From Camelus ferus (lineage: Eukaryota), in contig NC_045696.1 in the NCBI RefSeq assembly GCF_009834535.1, forward strand, positions 54,562,001-54,626,000: a stretch of 64,000 nucleotides of DNA, given 5' to 3'. Positions 1 through 11,600 of this stretch are shown piece by piece. Each line of letters begins with the position of its first letter. Within the stretch, counting starts at the first letter, position 1. The notes beneath the pieces are model-generated. The model did no database searches, was not told where the DNA came from, and saw only the letters and a list, made by a program, of their open reading frames with translations. The position numbers were made by a program, and so were the translations under genes.

Positions 1-39
1 CACTTCTGATAATGGGTACCATAAAGAACTTGATTTGTT

Positions 40-352
40 AAAAGTCCCTCTAAAGATGTATGACATTCAAACTGAATAAGAAGGAGCAAGCTATGCCAAA
101 ACCTTACAACAGACAGTTTCAGGCAGAGGGAATGGCAAATAGGAAGATCTGTAAAGGTAAGAATAAACTTGATGCACTTGAGGAATAGAAAGACAGCCAT
201 TGTGGCTTGCTTTTGTTAAGAGAAGACGAGGGTGGGACAAGATGAGGTCACAATGATAGTTAAGATGAGGTTATGGCAAGGTCTTTGATGTTACACTGCA
301 AAGGGAAATCTTTGGAGGGCTTTAGAGCAGGGAAATCACCTTATCTGGTTTA
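40..352 (-). mobile_element. L2 (LINE-2) fragment, highly diverged
   Basis: Matches remembered antisense L2 motifs (gatgtatgacattcaaactgaa, tttcaggcagagggaatggcaaa, ttggagggctttagagcaggg...atctggttta). Confidence 0.7.
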
Positions 353-354
353 CT

Positions 355-754
355 TTTTTTTTTTTTTTTTCAGAACTGAAGTATAGCTGATGTACACTAT
401 TATCTAAGAGTTACAGGAGTACAATACAGTGACTCACAATTTTTAAAGGTTATACTCCATTTATAGTTACTATAAAATATTTTCTATATTCCTCATGTTG
501 TACAATATATCCTGTAGCTTATTTTATACACAATAGTTTGTATCCCTTGATCCTCTACCCCTATACTGACTCTCCCCTCTTTCCTCTCCCAACTGGTAAC
601 CACTAGTTTATTCTCTGTATCTGTGAGTCTTCTTTTTTGCCATATTCACTAGTTTGTTTTATTGTCTAGATGCTGCATGTAAGTGATATCATATAGTATT
701 TGTCTTTCTCTGTCTTATTTCACTTAGTATAATACCCTCCAAGTCCATCCATGT
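355..754 (-). mobile_element. L1 3' end (artiodactyl-type), 5'-truncated, poly(A) tail read as poly(T) at 355-370
   Basis: Poly(T) followed by typical antisense L1 3'UTR (ggtaaccactagtttattctctgtatctgtgagtc; gtaagtgatatcatatagtatttgtctttctctgtc; cacttagtataataccctccaagtccatccatgt). Confidence 0.9.
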
Positions 755-2895
755 AAATAAGTAAGGTGACTGTCAAGACTAATGACCAAATATAGGGACA
801 TGGTAGGGAGAAGAGAATAGGAAAACAGAATTCAGAGTGATTTAAAAAAAATCCTTTAGTAAGCACAAATCACATAAATAAATTATATAGGTTAAATCCT
901 TATAAATGAACACCAAGGAACTACACTATCTATTTAATTATCACTAAATATTGCTCTTTAAAGTCAGCCATGCTGGATGGAGTACAGACATACTTTTTGC
1001 TGTACTGGGATTGGTATTTGTTGCCATCAGAATTCTCCTGGGGTCTCAGTTCAACTGCTTAAAATGTCCTTTTTAAGGGATGGGGGAAGGGAACTATGCC
1101 AGGGAAAAGCAAGAAGCTGATGAAAGAAATCCCTCAGCCTACTCTGTAGGTCTCCTGAAGCAAAGTGGAGCCTAGCGCCAAGGTGGGGAGAAGGCACCCC
1201 ACCTGAATGAAGCTGGGCCACAGCCGGTGCAGGTAAAAGCTTGCTGGCACAGCCATCTTCTTCTCTATCCTCAATCCCTGCAGGCAGCCCCACTCCCAAC
1301 AGCAACCATGGCTGCTTGGGTCAGCCTCGGCCGTTTTCCAGTGTCCTTTGTAGGTTGACCGGTAGAGTTCTTCCAATGATGCTGAAACTTTATTGGGCCA
1401 AGAATGCCTAAAAATGACCAATATCACAAAGTCTCAGTGCCAAGGCCTTTTTTGAGTAGCTTGGAGAAAAGATTCAGAAACACACAAGTATTGGGACCAT
1501 CAGGCAGTCATCTAATTCCCAGATGGCCTGGTTTGTTCTTTTGGGTTGTCTTCTCGGGCCATAAACCATCACCTCTAACACATTTTAGTGCTTTGTCCAT
1601 TGCACACATCTTGCTGGGTTAACAGCGTGACCTCTTGCTCCTGGCCACTGCAGATCCTTTTTTTTTTTTTTTTTTTTTGAACAGGCAGGGAACAAACCAA
1701 CAAACCAATTCCCTCTGAAAGCCTACTCCACAGTTCTCTCCGAAAGCCTACTCAATGGTAGATTCAATCAGTTCAGTGGAAAATACATTGCGTGTTTGCT
1801 GTGATCCTAGAGAAAATTACCACTGAAAGTTCCCAAACAGTTTTGGGGGCCACTGAGAACATTCTAGTAGCAGGACTAAGGCTTTTATACTAGACTCTCC
1901 ACAAAAATGAAGGAAAGAGGGCATGCCCTTCAGCATTTACTAATATAATCCTAGGAAGTTCCATTCAAACACAAGGAGGTGCTGCAATTCTCCATCAGAA
2001 AATCTAATTATATTTGCACTAGATTCCTCTCAAGCTTGTCCCCGATTTATACCTCCAAGCCCCAAGTGTCAACTGTATTCATGTGTCCCTACGTAACTGC
2101 ATTGGCACATTTAACTTTTCACACCCCACTTCTGGGATACTCAATTCTATTTTTAAAAGAGCTTATAATTATTTGAACATGTCCTCCCACAGAAGTTCTA
2201 CTCTTCTTGTGGTTTTGGCCCAGGAACCAGTATTGCAGCTGAATGTCCGCTGGGACCATCAGAAGTTGGCCTGCTGTCATCTAAACACAGACTGACTGGG
2301 AGCGGTGGCATTATATTATTATCTCTCAAAAATGAATAAAATAATTCCCTCCAGTGAAACTCTTCTCCAACATGTAAAAGGACTTGTGAACACATATATC
2401 TTAAAAGACATTTTTAGGTAAAAAAGGGAAAATTAAAATCTGTTCATGGAAAAACAGATGAAAGGCCATAGAAGGTGACTTAATTTAGTTGCTTAAAAGA
2501 ATCTTTTACATCATTCAGAGAGTTAAGTGAAAATTATATGCAATGAAATCCCAATGCATTATGGTGCCACAAGAGACCTACACCCCTCTCCATGCACGCC
2601 AAAAGCAACCTTGCCTGTTGTCCTTCTGAACATGAAGCCAAGAGTGGTATGGCTTTCCCAGGAGCTGGGATGCAGCCTTTGAGTTTGCTTTGGCTCAAAT
2701 CCCAGAAACTGGGCTCTTTGGAAGCTAAGGGAACACTGCTGTGCCAGAGAAGCCGCAGGAGTAAACCATGGCCTTCTCAAAGGCAGGAAGGCTATACAAC
2801 CCAAAGGGCCGAGGGCAGAGTTTTGTTGTTCCCAATGGATTAGTATCTACTTTATCACAAAAGGAAATGCAGTAAGTACACGCTATTAAAGAGCT

Positions 2896-3040
2896 GCTGT
2901 ATGATGTGCTTGACAGAGCGTAAGATCCAGCGGCAGAAAGAATTATAGTTTAAGTCTTGACTCTGCTACAAGGGACCCACCTAAACCACACATCATTGTT
3001 GGGAATGCAGTTTCTTTACCTGTAAAATGGGAGCAAGTTA
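2896..3040 (+). mobile_element. MIR SINE, 5' part; probable 3' continuation at ~3627-3700
   Basis: MIR core cagtttctttacctgtaaaatggg. The downstream tcacaaggttgttgtgaaaatataatgagata matches the MIR 3' part. Confidence 0.7.
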
Positions 3041-3051
3041 AATTGTTTCAC

Positions 3052-3509
3052 GTGTTCACTATATTCTAGGCACCTGTACCATGAGGGTCATGGAGGTGCA
3101 ATACTCCAAGGCGGTCTTCATGCAAGAGAATATGCCACACAGAGGCCAAGTTAACTGGGAGGCTCCAGCTGCCACATTTTTGGATCCACCGGTGCTTAGG
3201 CTGATGCCATGCCTCACCCAGGCTGTTCACAATGACTCAGTATGGGTCCTGGTGTAAGGCTGTTTCTATCCAGTACAAGCCTCATCTCGGAGGCACTCTG
3301 TTGCTTTGACTGAGTCTTTCTCAGAATCACACTGCAGTCTGAAGCTCGTCCAACCTAACCCTGCCCTACTCATTCCTCTGTTCCCAGGTTTCAAACCTGC
3401 ATTGCAGACTGAAGCCTCCTTTCCCCTGCTCCACCCCCTCCTTTATCCTTTACACGTGTTTCTCATTCTACCTTGGTGTCATCTTCTTGATGACCTGAAA
3501 TGGAACACA
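3052..3509 (+). mobile_element. ERVL solo LTR, LTR16 family (LTR16C-like)
   Basis: ctttctcagaatcacactgcagtctgaagctc, aaacctgcattgcagactgaag, ccccctcctttatcctttacac and terminal gacctgaaatggaacaca match the remembered LTR16 consensus. Confidence 0.75.
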
Positions 3510-3519
3510 AACCAAGCAA

Positions 3520-3622
3520 CTAATATGATCTCATTTCATTTTCATAACAAGCCCATGAAATTAGTGTTATTATCCACCCTATTTTACAAATATGGAAACA
3601 AGGACACAGAGGGATTAAGTTA
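3520..3622 (-). mobile_element. MIR fragment
   Basis: Antisense MIR core: tattatccaccctattttacaaatatggaaacaaggacacagagggattaagt. Confidence 0.75.
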
Positions 3623-6600
3623 AAATTAAACTACTTGTTATTTCACAAGGTTGTTGTGAAAATATAATGAGATAGTTCATATGCAAGAGCTGTATAACTA
3701 GTACCTTTTTTCAGGGCAGAGGGGAAAAAAAAATACCAGACCATCTAAGCAGAGTTTTCAGTGACTCTTATTTTTTTCTTAATTTTTTACCAGTTTCACA
3801 TGCTTATGGTAGAAAACTTCACATAGACTCCAAAAGCGCCCTGGAAAAGTAACACTTCGTCTTGATCACACCCTTTATCCCACAAAGTCTCTCTAGCCTT
3901 AATCGTTTGAGGACAGGGAAGAGTGAAATTTGGATATGTGAATCATGGCGTTCTGACACGCCTGACACACCACTCTGATCTTTAAAACCAGAGTTCTGTT
4001 CACCTAACCTTTCTAATCAATTTAATCGCGAGCAATTTACTAGCGCCTGAGGAAGGTAAAACTACAGGAAGTAAGAACCTTTCTGCTTTTATTAACGTTC
4101 TTCCTAAGCTTTCAGGCATTTTACCAAGAATCCTGGCTCCAAAAGTGTACTGTTTAGTGTGCGTGGTGAAAATAATCCTTTACTCTTCCCCTCTGATCAG
4201 TGAGCCTGACCCGATTAAAGGCTAATTTTCTGTTCCTTTAGTGAAATAGGGGTGATCATTAATTTCCTCACACACCTATATTCTCACCAGAATAATTTCT
4301 TCCACTGCTTCCTGTTCTGCACCCTTGATACAACCCAGGCTCCCCTGATCTTCATCTCGTTCAGGGGTACCGTTCTAAGCCTATAGAGACAACAGTCTAG
4401 GCCAGGAAACTAACCCCATTTTTAAGGCACCAGCAGTCAGTAGTAGAGGGTCAGGGAGGAAGGGAAGTCCTGGGCCAGGAATTCTCCTCAAATCCTCAGA
4501 TGTTGAGAAGGAATCATCCAGACAATTCCTAGCGTTGGTTTTTATGAGAGACGTGGAGGGAAGGGCAGAAGAGAAGCGGGAAGAGAGCTCGGCATAGAGC
4601 CACTCTGAGAACCACAATGGGAGTAAGAGAGGAGGCACCACTGAGCAGCTCCTGAAAGGAGCCCGCAGGCTGTGTGCTCTCCAGCTTCCCCTCTAACATG
4701 AATGGTCAAAGAAAGCAAGGGGGATGGAACCATTGCATTTGCAGAAATTCCAATGGTGCTTCCTAGGGAGATAGCCCATTTCGACTGATTGATGGGTTCA
4801 GAATCCTTTGGGAGTCAAAAAGCCCATCTCCTCAAGCTGCCTGAGCATCAGCCTCTAACAGATTCAGCAATGTCAGAGAATCCCAGGGAGCTTAGAAAAT
4901 GATCAGGGAAGAACACCTTTTCTTCCCTGCTAATTCTGACAGCTCCCATCCCCCCGAGTGAGATGCATTCCTCAGGATGGAAGTGCCAGCTTGCCTCTCC
5001 CACAGGGGCTGCAGGCAGCAGGAAACCAAGCCCCCTGTGTGGGTCTCATTGCCTTCTCCATTTGTTTTCATTTTGCCACCAGACACTTCTATTTGAACTA
5101 CTTGGAAGGATATATCTCAATAACATGCCTTCGCTGTGCTCCACGAGATCGAAGATGAGAAATCATGTGCTCCCTTCTCTGCACCCAGCCTTCAATCCTG
5201 GTTGATCACAAGACAACTACAGACAGAGGACTTTCGACAGAAGAGCTTGTCTTCAGGTACTTATCAAGTTAACCAACAGGACCCACAGTTGCTAAGCACC
5301 ATCTGAGTAATGCCAGTCAGTACACATTTTAAACGATTAGTTCAAATCCATTTATCATGATGAAGCTCTAGACTAGGTCAACACTTACACACTCACCCTA
5401 AAAAATAAATCTATGGCCCATCTCTATTCTAATCCAAACCAATCTACTGAAAACCCAAATACTACATACCCCTTGTAAAACAGAACTTGTTTAACATTTA
5501 CCAAGATTTTTTTTAAATGAGGCCATGCCACATTTCCTTGGCCCAAATCTTGCAGATGATTTTGTGATTTTACGATCAGTTGCGTAAATAAATTGTCAGA
5601 GAGGAATGACTTTTCTTGGCTCCTTACTAATGCCCAGGGAGATTCTTCTTAAGCACAACAATGGCTTTTCTCCACCCATTCACTTCTTGACCCTGGATAG
5701 GTGGCATGGCCTATGTGATGGTAAGTTTGTGAAGAGTAATACACAGTTGGTTCAGCTCTACTCTTCTCCTTTTGGGAAGGGCCTAAGCATCAGGATCAAA
5801 GCTTCCCTGTCCTCTCTCCATGTTAGTCACAAAGGAGCTACACCTCCATGGGGCAGGCCTCCAAGGCCCAATCCCGCCACATTTGGCAGGTGGACATTCT
5901 CTAAATTAGGGAGGTGATATTAGAAAACCCACGTGGCTAACAGATCCATGGTCACAGCCACTAACTTAGCCATTATCAGTACTAAGATCAAATTCTAGCA
6001 TCTGTTTTCCCTTTATTTTCTTTTTAATTTGCTCTGAATCCAGGATGAGAAGAGAGATCTATTGACTGAGAGCTCCTTGGAGACATAAATAATTATAGTA
6101 CCAATAGTTTTGTTATCATGTGAATAAAATGGCTTTTGGATCCTTTGGGGATAGATTCTGAACTTCTGTGAAGAAAATGATAATTCATAAACATTGGACT
6201 AAGCATATAGGTGAGCGTATAGTAGGAAAACAATCCTTGGGTCAACCTGTTCCCAATACTGAAAATAAAGCAACACATTGGAGTGCTTTTCAAACAAACA
6301 CACAGAATAGCAAGAGATATAATCACGTGACACACTCATTTTTTTTTTTTTAAGGAATTTTACTTCAACTTGGTGTTAGACCCAGTGACCTAACTCTCGT
6401 TTCTCACATGTATTTGCACACACATATACACATGCTCACTTACACACTAGTCAAGAAAGATTGCTAATAAAGAGATAATATACATGAGAGAAACCTTTGA
6501 AAATAGTAAAGTGCTAGAAAATACCAATACAGAAGGTATTATTACTTTGTTTACTTCAAATGCTCACATTCAGAAGAGACTGAGATTGGTGACAGGCAAG

Positions 6601-6632
6601 TAAATGGAGGATATGGCAAAATGCTGAATAAC

Positions 6633-6878
6633 GGGGGGTGGAGGGTGGGAAGGGATAGCCTGGGATTTCAAAATTGTAGAATAGATAAACAAGATTACAC
6701 TGTATAGCACAGGGAAATATACACAAAATGTTATGATAACTCACAGAGAAAAAAATGTGACAATGAGTGTGTATATGTCGATGAATGACTGAAAAATTGT
6801 GCTGAACACTGGAATTTGACAGATTGTAAAATGATTATAAATCAATAAAAAATGTTAAAAAAAAAAAGAAAAATAAAA
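6633..6878 (+). mobile_element. L1 3' end, camelid-type, 5'-truncated
   Basis: G-rich tract, then gataaacaagattacactgtatagcacagggaaatat, aataaa signal and A-rich tail. Confidence 0.85.
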
Positions 6879-9254
6879 GATCATTAGGGTTCTTTCAAGT
6901 ACCTCTAAGATCTTATCCTTCAGTGAATAAAAGGCCCACATGGTTCTTCTGATAATAAAAGTATATACCATCATAATTTGGTACTCTGTAATTACGGCAA
7001 CACTCAGTGGTTTTAATCACACTGCCATACATGTTTGTTGTGCTATGCATATTTGTTATGAGGAAACAGGTTCATCTTTGGCATATCTCACGACTGACGT
7101 GCCTATTAACAGTATTTTGTTCTGTCTGTCTGTCTGTGACAGGCACGTGCAGAGGGTGCCAACAGCTCTCCTTCTTAAGATGCTCCTGCATTTCTGAGAT
7201 GCAGACATAATGAGCCTGGACTTTAATGCCTCATGAGAAAAGAGCTGGATGTACAATAACCTATTCAGAGGAGAGAGTCCTGCGACCACGTGTGGTACAG
7301 GGCCTCCACGTGGACACTAGTATGTCCTGACACCTGCAAAAGGGTCACTTCTTTGCATCACTCACTTATTTCAAATGGAGGTAGGTACACACAGCAGTTG
7401 AAAATTCTCTCAACCAAAAAGTTGCATAGCCCACCCAAGGCTGAACTCTCAGAAAGCACCTGTAGAATGTTTCTACCACATTATAATCAACTCCTCTGAG
7501 CTTCAGAAGCAGCAATATTCCTGGAGGGTTCACAGAATGGGAGCCCCTAAGTCTCTAATCAATAGAAGGCAGCTCCAGGGATTTATCCCTCCTCAGAGAA
7601 CACTCGCTTCTTTAAATACATCTACATTTATTTATAATTTATAATGCACGACATTCGAAAGGGATTCGAGAGACAGTATGTCTATATAACTGACTTCTGT
7701 CCAGTTCATGATTCATTTTGATCCCTGTACCATTTTTCCTAGTTGAACATTTTCACTGAGAATGATAATATTGATTAGTTGCTTTTGCAAGCATAGACAT
7801 TTATTGCAATACTAATGCTGACTTTTTGTCATACTCAACTATAATTCTACTTTTGTTTATCTGGTTACATCTATTGATGTACATGAAGGAAAATGACAAG
7901 ACACTAATCACTGTGTAAAAGTATGTCCACATGTCTGGTGACCTTTCTATTTTGGAAAGATAGATATATGTGTATATGTGTGCATGTCTGTGTATGTAAA
8001 TGTCTGCACACCCATAACATTTTATTAAAAATAACATAAATGTTCCAAGAAATCTAGGTTTATAGAAACAGAAAATCTTGTCTCCCATATGAATTAATGA
8101 TTAAATTCTTACTTAGTTTTACTTTAGGTTTACATCCAAATGAACCACTAATGCCCCTTGTAAAAGCCCAGAATCAAATCTGATTTAGCGTAATACTCAC
8201 TTCAATGAGATACAGTTAAAAGATATGGGTGAGAGAGACTTAAGAGATAAAAGAAATCAAGGATCACTCCTCAAAGAGTTTTCAAAAAGGAAAACACTGA
8301 GAGAAAAAAGTAGTAGAGGAACAGATGGGCCGGCAGAGTTTTGCTTTCTGTGCGACATTGTGCACTTACTATTCGCATGAGGACTAATTTATAAACCCGG
8401 ATAGTGTTTATAAACTCCACCATCTTAATGGAAATGGAAGCATTAATACAACCAGAGGATTCTTTACTTTCCAGGTTTTAATTAAAATCACAGGCGTTAA
8501 GAAGCAAAAGTGTCTTCGTGGAATACAAGTCTAATGAAGTATTTCCTTGCCTAGCACAGAACTCTGTGTGCCGTCCCAACTTCCAAGCACAGCCATTTGA
8601 AAATCCGATCCCCATCTAACCACGAGAGCATTCCTTGAAAATTAGAAAAGCAAACTATACCGCATTTTTCCCCCAAATAAATATAGTAGCCAAGTCAGAG
8701 TCAGGAAAAATAGTAGCAAGGAAGTAAGGAAAACACTCATACACACAGCCTTAAAACATGATATCTTAATTGAAAAACCAGAAGACTAGAGGCAAATGCA
8801 TTTGTATTATGTGCTAAGTAGAAAACTTGAAAGAGTGAGAGAAAAGGTAACCTGCTGGGGAATAGGAAATGTGGGAACAGAGCAAAGGAAACCTGAGAAG
8901 AGAGAAAGAAAGCAAAGAAGGGGAAAGAATCATTCAGAGATATATTACACCAGCATAGCAGGATTAAAATTTATTTTTGCTACACATGATGGAGATAAAA
9001 TACACCAGTCCTAGGAAACAACTTGGACTAAAATGCCCACCAACTGACTGGTACTCAGCCCACACACTCTTCTTTTTAACTCTTAAAGGTATTGCCTAAT
9101 TTACACACAGTCAAATTAGGGTTGTGACAAAATGACACTGGCTTCTCTGTAAGTAGGCTGCAGAAAGGAATAGTAAGCTACATACAGTCAGAGACTTCCA
9201 GCTGCTCTCTGCAGTGATGACGATGGTGATGGTTTATGATGATGACAGTACATC

Positions 9255-9425
9255 CATTTATTAAATACCAATGCTGTGTTCAGCAATGTGTTTGGTGTTT
9301 TACAAAGATCATTTCTAATTCATATGTCTGGGAGGTAGGTGTTACTAACCCTTTAATAGTATGTATATATAAGTTACCCCAAATTATACAACTTTTGGGT
9401 AACAGAGCTATGTTTGAAAGCAGGG
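9255..9425 (-). mobile_element. MIR fragment
   Basis: Antisense MIR tail (catttattaaataccaatgctgtg...tttacaaagatcatttctaattc...gaggtaggtgttact). Confidence 0.6.
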
Positions 9426-9614
9426 CTTTAAAAGAACAGGATTTTTTAAAGGCAGCGTTCTTATCCCTGAAGACCAAGAGACACACACACACGTATTTTA
9501 TACACACATACACACACATATATATTTCTATGCATGAGTGTATGTATGTAGGGGATAAATGTGAGAACAGACTAACAGTTATGGAATGCTGGCTCTTTTC
9601 AAGGCATCTGCTGA

Positions 9615-9765
9615 GTTCGTATTTTATCTCGATTCTCATGTCTTTTAAGATGATTTTAACACTCTTTTTTGGTGTATACAGGCAACTGAAGCTCTGAATG
9701 GTTAAGAAGTTCAAGAAGAAAGGGTAGAAGCAGTATTTAAATCTAGGTTGGTCTGAGCTTAGAAG
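9615..9765 (-). mobile_element. MIR fragment
   Basis: caactgaagctctgaatggttaagaagttc...atttaaatctaggttggtctgag matches antisense MIR. Confidence 0.6.
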
Positions 9766-10294
9766 AGCACTGACCAAAGGAATTATAATGGAGCCCAAGG
9801 TGGGAGCCATGTATGTCATTTACAACTTTCTAGAGGCCATATTTTAAAACAGTAAAAATAAATGGGTCCTGGTATACACAGCCATCACCACCTCAGTCAA
9901 CTGTTGCCTTCTCTTGGTTCCTGGGTTGGTCCAGTTTTAAGGATTTTATTTTCCTATGACACTTGATGTGATACCTCAGGAAAACACTATGGCAGCCCCG
10001 AGTAAGTAGGCACAGTGGAGGAAGGAGTGAGTTCTCAGGCCCCATGGCTGCCACACTTTCTGCAGATTTACACACACCTCCAAGTCTGGCACAGCCTCAT
10101 GCAGAGCAACTCTACCCACAGCAAGAGACTTCCTCTTTACCAGCCTAAACCTGTGAAGGCATCTCCCTGCCAGTTTATCTTACCTTAGTTTGAACCCTCC
10201 AACCAGAGGCATAAAATTCCTATGAGAAATCCGGACATGAGAAGTGAAAAACATATACATATGCCAACTAGACTGATTTAAAAATACAGTGTGA

Positions 10295-10432
10295 GGGGGC
10301 CAGTATAGCTCAAGTGGAAGAGTGCACGCTTAGCATGCACAAGGTCCTGGGTTCAATCCCCAGTACCGCCTCAACAAATAAATAAGTAAACCTAACTACC
10401 TTCCCTCCAAAAAACAAAAACAAAAACAGATG
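10295..10432 (+). mobile_element. tRNA-derived camelid SINE (Vic-1-like) with target-site duplication
   Basis: Pol III A box (tagctcaagtgg) and B box (ggttcaatccc), cttagcatgcacaaggtcctggg body, aaacctaactaccttccc tail. It is flanked by the direct repeat aaaatacagtgtgagg at 10281-10296 and 10433-10448. Confidence 0.9.
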
Positions 10433-11370
10433 AAAATACAGTGTGAGGATCAGGAGTTAGTGTCACAAAAATGTGCAACAATGGCTGTTATGATGATGGA
10501 GTTTAATAGCAAGCATTTCTCACTTCAAAACTAGAACTGTGTTCCTAGATATGTTTATTTTAGATATCCATATGGACACACATACTGGGATGTGTCTTTT
10601 TAGAATATAAACATTGGCCCTTGATGTACCTGTAAATGTAAAGTATCATATAGGTGTTTTCTTAAAGTGGAGTCAATCCTCTAAGAGTATGTAGGCGAAA
10701 GATGGATGTATCCCAGTATCCTGAACTGACTGTTGGCAAGCAGAATAGAGAGTAATTTATTACCTATTCATTAATCCAGCAAAGTCCTTGAAAGGATTAA
10801 AATAGCCAGCCATCCTTAAAAATGACCATAGGAAGACATAGTGTCAGATAACTGGACACAATAGAAGGTTTACTCAAATATACTCACAGTGGGTTCCACA
10901 CTGGGCACCATGCATAGAAAAAGATGGTCCTTTACTTTATGAGTTTTCCATTTAAAATGCACACATTGATGATGAAAACATTGAAATGTACAAAATAATA
11001 AATAGTAAATAATATAACAATTTCCTTTTCATGTTCATATACTGTGCGTACACGTTCACAAATTTCCTAGCCAATCTTACCCTAAATTTATCTACAGACC
11101 ATAAAATTAGTGAATCACTCTTCTTTATTGCCCACTCAGCATATGCTTTATGAGGCTAATTAGCCATAAATAATAGAACTGAATTCTTATCCAAGTAGGT
11201 ATTTCTCTAATCAAATCAGAACCCTTTATTACGCATGTGTTGTACCCTTTTTTCAAACTCATTTGATAATTTCACATTTCTCTTTTGATACTGATTTAAA
11301 GCATCTATTATCCATTCTCTGGAATTTTTAGTCATTAAAAATGTCATTTGTTTAAACTGTAGAATCTGGC

Positions 11371-11600
11371 ATTTATTTAACTCCTACTATGTATTAAACA
11401 CTATGCTAAATTTATAAGATAGATTACATCACATCATTTTAATCCTTGAGTATCCTATAACATAAATATTACTATTCCCATTTCACAGCTAAAAGACCTG
11501 GAAATCAGAGATACTAACCAACTGACCCAAGAATACACAACTGGTAAGTGGTTGAGCCAAGACATAAATCTCAGAACCCTCGGACCTCCACACCCAGAAT
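11371..11600 (-). mobile_element. MIR SINE, near full length
   Basis: Antisense MIR: atttatttaactcctactatgt...tattactattcccatttcacag...gacccaagaatacacaactggtaagtggttgagccaaga. Confidence 0.8.

Noticed and set aside
5294..5306. agcaccatctga resembling miR-29a
   Set aside because: Only a partial match with the wrong 5' base, no 3' match and no hairpin.
9236..9819. Longest ORFs (153 aa on +, 179 aa on -)
   Set aside because: They overlap MIR fragments and a (CA)/(TA) microsatellite, have low-complexity composition and show no recognisable domain.
10295..10370. tRNA-like sequence
   Set aside because: It is the head of a SINE, with SINE body, A-rich tail and TSD, and lacks a proper acceptor stem.
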